Program-made: the position numbers and the translations under genes
Source of the DNA: Marsupella aquatica
Taxonomy: Eukaryota > Plantae > Marchantiophyta
Length of the DNA stretch: 64,000 nt
NCBI GenBank assembly: GCA_973895155.1
Contig: OZ316891.1
Location: forward strand, 1,727,324 to 1,791,323
Direction: 5' to 3'
Notes under the pieces: generated by a model
The model's input: the letters and a program-made list of their open reading frames with translations, nothing else
Told to the model about the DNA's origin: nothing
The model's database searches: none
Part shown: piece after piece, positions 57,755 through 64,000 of the stretch
Layout: every line of letters starts with the position of its first letter
Position numbering within the stretch: position 1 is the first letter of the stretch

Positions 57755-59461
57755 CCAGAGCTCAGACTAAAAGTACTATCATGAGAAATTCATTCTAGAA
57801 GTACGTTGGGAAGCAATGAAGCCTCTCCTGAAGACAACGAATGAATACATGAAGCAATTGCGCAGGAGTGATAAGTCAAAGAAACACAGAACTTTGAAAT
57901 AGTGCAAGGAAGGGAAGGGGGCAGCAACGCAGGAGATAAACTTGAGAGCAGATATCTTCACAATCTGTTCATGATCTTAGACATCAGATTTAGGTACTCC
58001 AGAAATTGATGCCCTAATTCTGCGTAGGCGATTCAGCCCAGTTTTGGCTTACCATTCCCGTGAACAGGGAAAGATGGCATAAATTGCTATTTATTGTTAA
58101 TAATAAGAAGAATAGCAATTTATTCAATAATTGCACATGGCAATGGTTGAGATTACGGCTTGCCTTGTTTGCGAACCCAGTTGGCGTCAATTGTTGGGAT
58201 GGATTGTCCAAAATTGAATTTCTTCCTAAGAAAGTTTCCACCAGTTTGTAAATATGGAGGGTTGCCTGAAGTGGTACATGCAATGTATAAATAAGTTGCG
58301 TCGTTGATACAAAAGTTTCAATCAGGTCCTGCGGGTTGTATTGGTTGACTTTCAGGAACCGACCTGGCTTAGGATCTGAGGGACATTGCCATCTTTGCCT
58401 TGCGCATGAAGTAGGACTCGTTTGGTTTTTTCGAAGTACAAGTGGTACAAATATCTCAAACCAATCTCATGCTTCTTATTGTGTTTGGTGCGTGTGGCAT
58501 GGCAGGTACCATGAGAGTTCAACAAGAGGAGGACTAGTATCGGAGTTGAATTTGTCTAAGCTGAGATTGGCTGGTATTGCCTAGATCTCGGTCATGATTA
58601 AGGAAAGTTGTAAGAATTACCAAGCTCTGAGTTTAGAATTTATCGGTTTACCCTGACGGGTTTTAAATAATTTTGTGTGTATCCAGCACATACTCACAGG
58701 CCCACCTGTACACCGTAGGCCAGCAGTCCTCCTGCCTTCCATCTGAACGCAGTTCTGTACCCTTCGTATGGGGCGAGTAGAAGGTTCAAATGAGGGATTC
58801 AGACTTAACTGTCCACTTGCTTGGTCAGTTACTCCTGGTATGCTCTGGGTATTGATTTTTTAATTGAGCTTCCGGAGGCTTAATTTCACAAGGTTTCTCT
58901 TGGTAGTCATATCTTCTGAATTACGGGAATGCAATTGAACACGCCATATCTATTTTACAACGAGAATGGACAATTTTACCGGGGAGCTCTCAGTGAAACC
59001 AAATCTGATATGAGTGATGCACTGCAGTCATCATTGTTTAGCAACTAATAATCGTTTGCTTAGCTTCCGCCCTCATAACAAAAGCACTCCGAGGAGGTTA
59101 AGAGACTGTCTACTGCATTTCATCACAACCCCGAGGCACAATCCGCCAACCATAGTACGCCAGAGTTCAGAAGGAATGAAACAAGTCTGACTACAGTCAT
59201 AATTAGTTCGTTGGCTTCTGGCTTCTTTAGCTGGGATGATGCCTGCTTTGTATGGTAGGCTCTGGTAAAAATGGATACGTCCAGAGTAATGGGAATCTTC
59301 GTAATGAAGCACTGAATAACATAGGATGCCTTTCCACTACTTCTATGAGGGTTAGTTCTCCCAAGCGAAAGTACAATTAAAGACGAAAGCAACGATACTT
59401 GTAATAATTTGGAATTTTACCAAAAATTATTTTGATGCTTCTTTATTTCATCAACCAAAGA

Positions 59462-60043
59462 GCTTATCAGGTCTTTACAAAATTAAACCTTTGGGGCTTA
59501 CTATTTAAGAATAACGTTTTCATTTCATGAACCACAGGGCTTATCAGATCTTTACAAAATGAAACCTTTTGGGCTTACTATTGAAGAACATGAAAGGGAA
59601 AAAATTCAAGAATGCTTGTTTAAAAGTCAGAATTTTTTAGGGTACAGAATGGGGTATGGTTCTTTTTGAATTGCTGAAGCATTGTGAATACATCGAGTGT
59701 TCATAGTTGTGGGCCTCAGTCACGCAGAGACTTGGATGGCTTGCGAAGTCACAATTCAATCGGGTACAAAGTGGGGTATGGTTCTTCTCTGCATTGCTGA
59801 ACTACTGTAATTGAAGCGAGAGTTCATTGTTGTGGGCTTCAGTTACAAAGAGACACTTGGAACGCTTGTAAGTTGCATCACTGGCCGAAATTGAGAGATA
59901 TGCCTCGCTACCCGTCCCAAGTATCAGGGCCCTCGTTACCATTACCCGAAACTCTCGTCTGAATCTTCCTTTGTAGTTTCATTGAAAGTTATGAGCCATA
60001 CTCTCGTCTGAATCTTTAGTTTCATTGAAAGTTATGAGCCATA
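59462..60043. repeat. Cluster of short direct duplications
   Basis: gcttatcag.tctttacaaaat x2 (59462, 59539); ggtaca.a.tggggtatggttct x2 (59641, 59762); actctcgtctgaatctt...gttatgagccata x2 (59951, 60000). Confidence 0.75.
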
Positions 60044-62462
60044 AGCCCCTTACCAGCCCATTTGGAGAATTCATTGATTTAAACTCTGTTATTGGCATGG
60101 ATCAAGGCTACTCCCAAACATAGTTGTTCCCGAGACGCACTTTAGGTTTACGCTCAGTAACCCATTCCCTTTTTAAGGGCCATGTTTTGTAATCCCCATT
60201 GGTGGACTGCCTTCATGCATTACAGCCCATAACCCACTGAGGAGATGGGTTACCCTGCACTACCAGTCTGATGATGGCAGACTTGGAATTTTGACTATGC
60301 TTTGGCTGACTGTGCTAAAGATCACAACCCATGCAGACTGTGTGCCCCCTACAGAGCACTACCACGTCACAGCAGTATGTGTGGAGCTGGCCTGCCTCTG
60401 AACCTCTTGGGCGGTGGCTTCTGGATATGTGTGGTGAGGGATCCTGTAATGCATGGCCCATTTAGTCTCACCTTAACGCATGGCCCAACTGAACTACGGC
60501 GTTAGTCTCACATGTTGGGTTCTCAGTTGAGTAAGTTGTAGAATTGAGATTGGGGAATGGAGCTTTAAACTAGAAAAAAACTGGGGTGTTGGGCTCAAAA
60601 TCTAAGCTTGTTTAATTTAGGGTTATTTATATTCAAGTAAACCAGTTTAGAATTTGAATCCAACAAACCAGTTTTTTTAACCTATGATTACACTTAGACA
60701 AGCACCTCTCCAAGAAAAAATTGTTTCAAAATAGATTACTACTGTAGTTGAATGTGGCATGATAAATGAGACCAAAGAAAATTCCCTATCTGGGTTGATC
60801 CTTTTCCAATGCTGTTATCTGCTGGTAAGCACTTAAGATTTCATTTAAAAAATATATATACCACGCGTGCCTTGATTATGGGAAAATGGAAATTATGAAT
60901 GGCTTTCCTCAGCACCAAAATAACGTTAATGAGACGCGTACCAGCTACACAGTACATTATTGAATTGTCCAGCGAAAAAGGTCAACGAATCTGCCCTCGT
61001 TCAATATAGATCTTGACCGTCCATTGCATTACCCAAGTACACATCAATGGCCCCTCCGAAGAGATTGTACCATTTACCTTGCTCCCAAGCCCACGTAAGG
61101 TAATAATAATGATCTTCATAATGACAGTGGGAGTGATTGAATGTGATTGATGGCCACTATATTCTTCAGTGCTCGTTGCGGTATGCCAGTAATGCTAATT
61201 ATGACAGTGTTTGCAATGAATTTTGTGAATGTTTTGTTTTTGCCTCAACGCATCTGAAAAAGCACTGATGGCATTTGCACTAGTCTTCCTGGCTAGACAG
61301 ATCAGCTGGAGTAAAGAATGGTTTCTTTGGCACTGCTGTGCAAAAAACCACACTGCCCCATCTCACACTCTTTTGGAACATGCCACCCTTGCCAGCTATA
61401 TTTTCTTCTTGGCACTCGAGACTTGGTGTGGGCCAATGTACTGGGTGCTGCCGTGCCATCCTACTTGAAGTTGCAATGCATGGAAGAACATTTTATCATT
61501 ATTGTGGTGTTCTCTGTTGCTTCAAGGACCTTAATGTGTGAGAATAGCGCTTTGGGTGAGGTTAGTGTTTGATTGCTGCCCTCCAATGAATATGTCGTCG
61601 CTACATCCTCGCTACTCCCTAATACCAAGTTGTAAATTGTGCTATGAGTGGGAATCGTTTGAGTACTGGAATTGATACTTTGCAAGTTTGCATTACAGGA
61701 AGAACATAACTTGCACCCGAGTAGCAAAAAGGGAGACACCAACCATGATATAGATCCAATCACCTAGGAACCCAAATTCTTGTCCATTGTTCTTGTGGTC
61801 AAATGAGTTGAGCATCAATTATTTAGGAATTCTAGTAAATCTTGGGTTCCTTTGTAAGATAATAAAGCTTTGATAGCTCACTTATCTTAGGGGATACCTA
61901 TTTTTAAGTCACCTCAAATCCTTTCTTACAAGTGATCATGGTTTTTACATACTTTAAACTAACTTTTGTAGGGCTGCCCTTCCTACGGGCATTCTGGATT
62001 TAATAAAATGTCTTGCTTGCAAAAGAGAATGGTTTAATGGTTTTGTCACTCCATAGCTTCTTGGTGAAATAAAACTAAAATTTCAAAACCAATTGGGAGA
62101 GCTGGCTCCTTGCTTCAAACTGGCACCTGAGCTCAATCCAGTATGGCGCCTACAATACACTTTTCAGTGTTCACACTTTGGTCAACTTTTTGTAAAGTAA
62201 TGCATGTTCCATCTGCTTTTGACTGGCCATGACCTTCTAGTCTCATCATGACAACTTTAAATTTTGGCTTAGAGCTAGCTTTGTACAAAAGATATACAAA
62301 TGTTGGCTGCCCCAATTTTCAGTCCCATTCACTAAGTTGGTGTAAAGTATAGCCATCGTAAGCAAAAACGCTGTGTTGTTACTCCATACAAAGGTAAGGC
62401 TACGTAGTGTATGGAGAGAGGGATCCACAAGTTTTTCATATTGTACCGAAGAGCTTGAAAGT

Positions 62463-62883
62463 GAAACTAAAGTCCCGGATGGACCTCCACTTTGTCTATG
62501 AAACCTATATGGACTGGCAAAGCTTGAATGGACTTGCTCAGAACATTTAAATTTGACTCAGATAACACTATTCAAATTTTTGATTGAAATGTAACTTGTA
62601 AACTGCCTCCTTACCGTTTGCAGCTAGTTTAACTACATAACCAAACCGATGTCTTTGGTAACTTGACGACAAGATGACCTTGAATCTAAAAAATACCAAG
62701 ATGTCATGCCATTATTCAGGATCACCATGACGTGTTGACTACTGTCTCCCCAAGGTAGTCAAAGTCGTAGACTGCGATCCACAACCGGTTCCTTTTTATT
62801 TCAATATAAAAGCGACGATTGCTTTACGCAGTCCATGGGGATGGGCGAAGACAATGTCTCCATCCATCCGGGCTTTTGTTTCC
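62463..62883 (-). repeat. ~420-bp repeat, inverted partner of 55818-56238
   Basis: Reverse complement aligns by eye along its whole length with 55818-56238, with many substitutions. Confidence 0.85.
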
Positions 62884-63053
62884 TTGAAAGTTTGCTGTGA
62901 AAAGCTCGTGAGGTACTAATATTCAATCTGCATATTGGTGTTGCAAACAGCAAGAGGAGCTGAGCATGAACCCATATAGTTATGAAGCTTGCCAATAAGC
63001 ACACGTCAAAATGTGATAATATATGACCTGGACTCATTGATTTATGAAGGTTG

Positions 63054-63397
63054 TGTTGAGCATAGACGACATTCGCAACGGCAAGCCCATGAACCATCCA
63101 ACGCACAATAGTCGACATAGAGAGATACGTGGTTCACCTCCACATGAGGCTACGTCCACGGGAACACACAAGAGCTTTACTGCACTCTAGGCCGACCGGC
63201 CATACCAAGCATCCACAGCACAAGCTCTCCCTATCTCTCAACTAGCTCCGTAACAATGAGCCTAAGTTCCACCAGGGTCTGGCATCAGCCCTGGCTATAT
63301 ACACAACAGCACTACCGCTAACATTAGCTAAGTCCTAACCCGAGTTAGACTAACTGTGGTTAGCTCATGAGTCACAAGACTAGAGCAATATCTAACA
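63054..63397 (-). mobile_element. 3' LTR of second Copia element (~344 bp)
   Basis: Minus strand: PPT aagggggagtt, then TGTTAG...CTCAACA; TATA-like gtatatag inside. Confidence 0.7.
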
Positions 63398-64000
63398 AAC
63401 TCCCCCTTGACTCTTGTCTTGGGGACTGGACTAAATGCAACCATATGGAATCCTCAGCGGGAAGTTCTAGACAATCACCAAACCAGGTCTCCCCCTAAAA
63501 ACCACAAGGATTAACTAAGGGTTAACTAGAACTAAGCCGTAGCCTAACAGGAATGAGTAATCCATATACAAATAGTCACACATTGTTAAATAACTCTACT
63601 TGCACTACAACTGCAAAACCTGCAAAGTAGCACGGTGTCTTGAAAAACTCTCCAAAGGAATCACTTTGGTAAAGGCATCAGCGGGATTGAGCTTTCCATC
63701 AATCTTGACTAGCTCAAAAGTTTTATCAGACACTGCTTGCCTGATAAAATGGTACCTGATATCAATGTACTTCACCCTGCTATCCATCACCTGGTTAGCA
63801 GCCAAGTGAAGAGCACTCTGACTATCACAGTTTAGAGTCATTTTGCCATGCTCTAAACCCATCTCCACGATCAACTTGTCCAACCAAATTGCTTCCTTTG
63901 CTGCTTCTGCTGCTACAACATACTCTGCTTCTGTAGTAGACTGAGATATGCACTTCTGCAAGGTAGATTTCCAACTGATACATCCTCCTCCAAGAGTGTA
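63398..64000 (-). mobile_element. Ty1/Copia element, RNase H end of pol (continues beyond window)
   Basis: ORF 63605-63961+: ISWKS..QKCISQSTTEAEY, CDSQSALHLAAN, KYIDIRYHFIR, NPADAFTK; frame is open. Confidence 0.95.

Overview
Eukaryotic, land-plant-like nuclear DNA (GT-AG introns, plant-type genes, many decayed transposons); a bryophyte or other non-seed plant is my inference. Recognisable genes: a truncated intronless DUSP12/YVH1-like dual-specificity phosphatase (+, ~12.2-13.0 kb), a multi-exon RRC1/SR140/U2SURP splicing factor (-, 16.5-24.4 kb), a 4-exon R2R3-MYB (-, 34.1-37.0 kb), an intronless microbial-type LRR-kinase (+, 41.5-42.8 kb; HGT candidate), 20S proteasome alpha-4 (-, 45.5-47.2 kb) and a small complex I B14.5b/NDUFC2-like gene not resolved by the ORF track (+, from 56534). 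Mobile DNA: two Copia remnants with 3' LTRs, Helitron-like ends, an LTR/PBS remnant, a tRNA-containing LTR-like element and several tandem duplications. The most striking unexplained structure is at 4.87-7.19 kb: seven intact plus one decayed fold-back hairpins whose 5' arms carry the near-invariant 20-mer TGGTACATGGAGACCATAGG while loops and 3' arms drift. This is the signature of a polycistronic, probably lineage-specific miRNA cluster.
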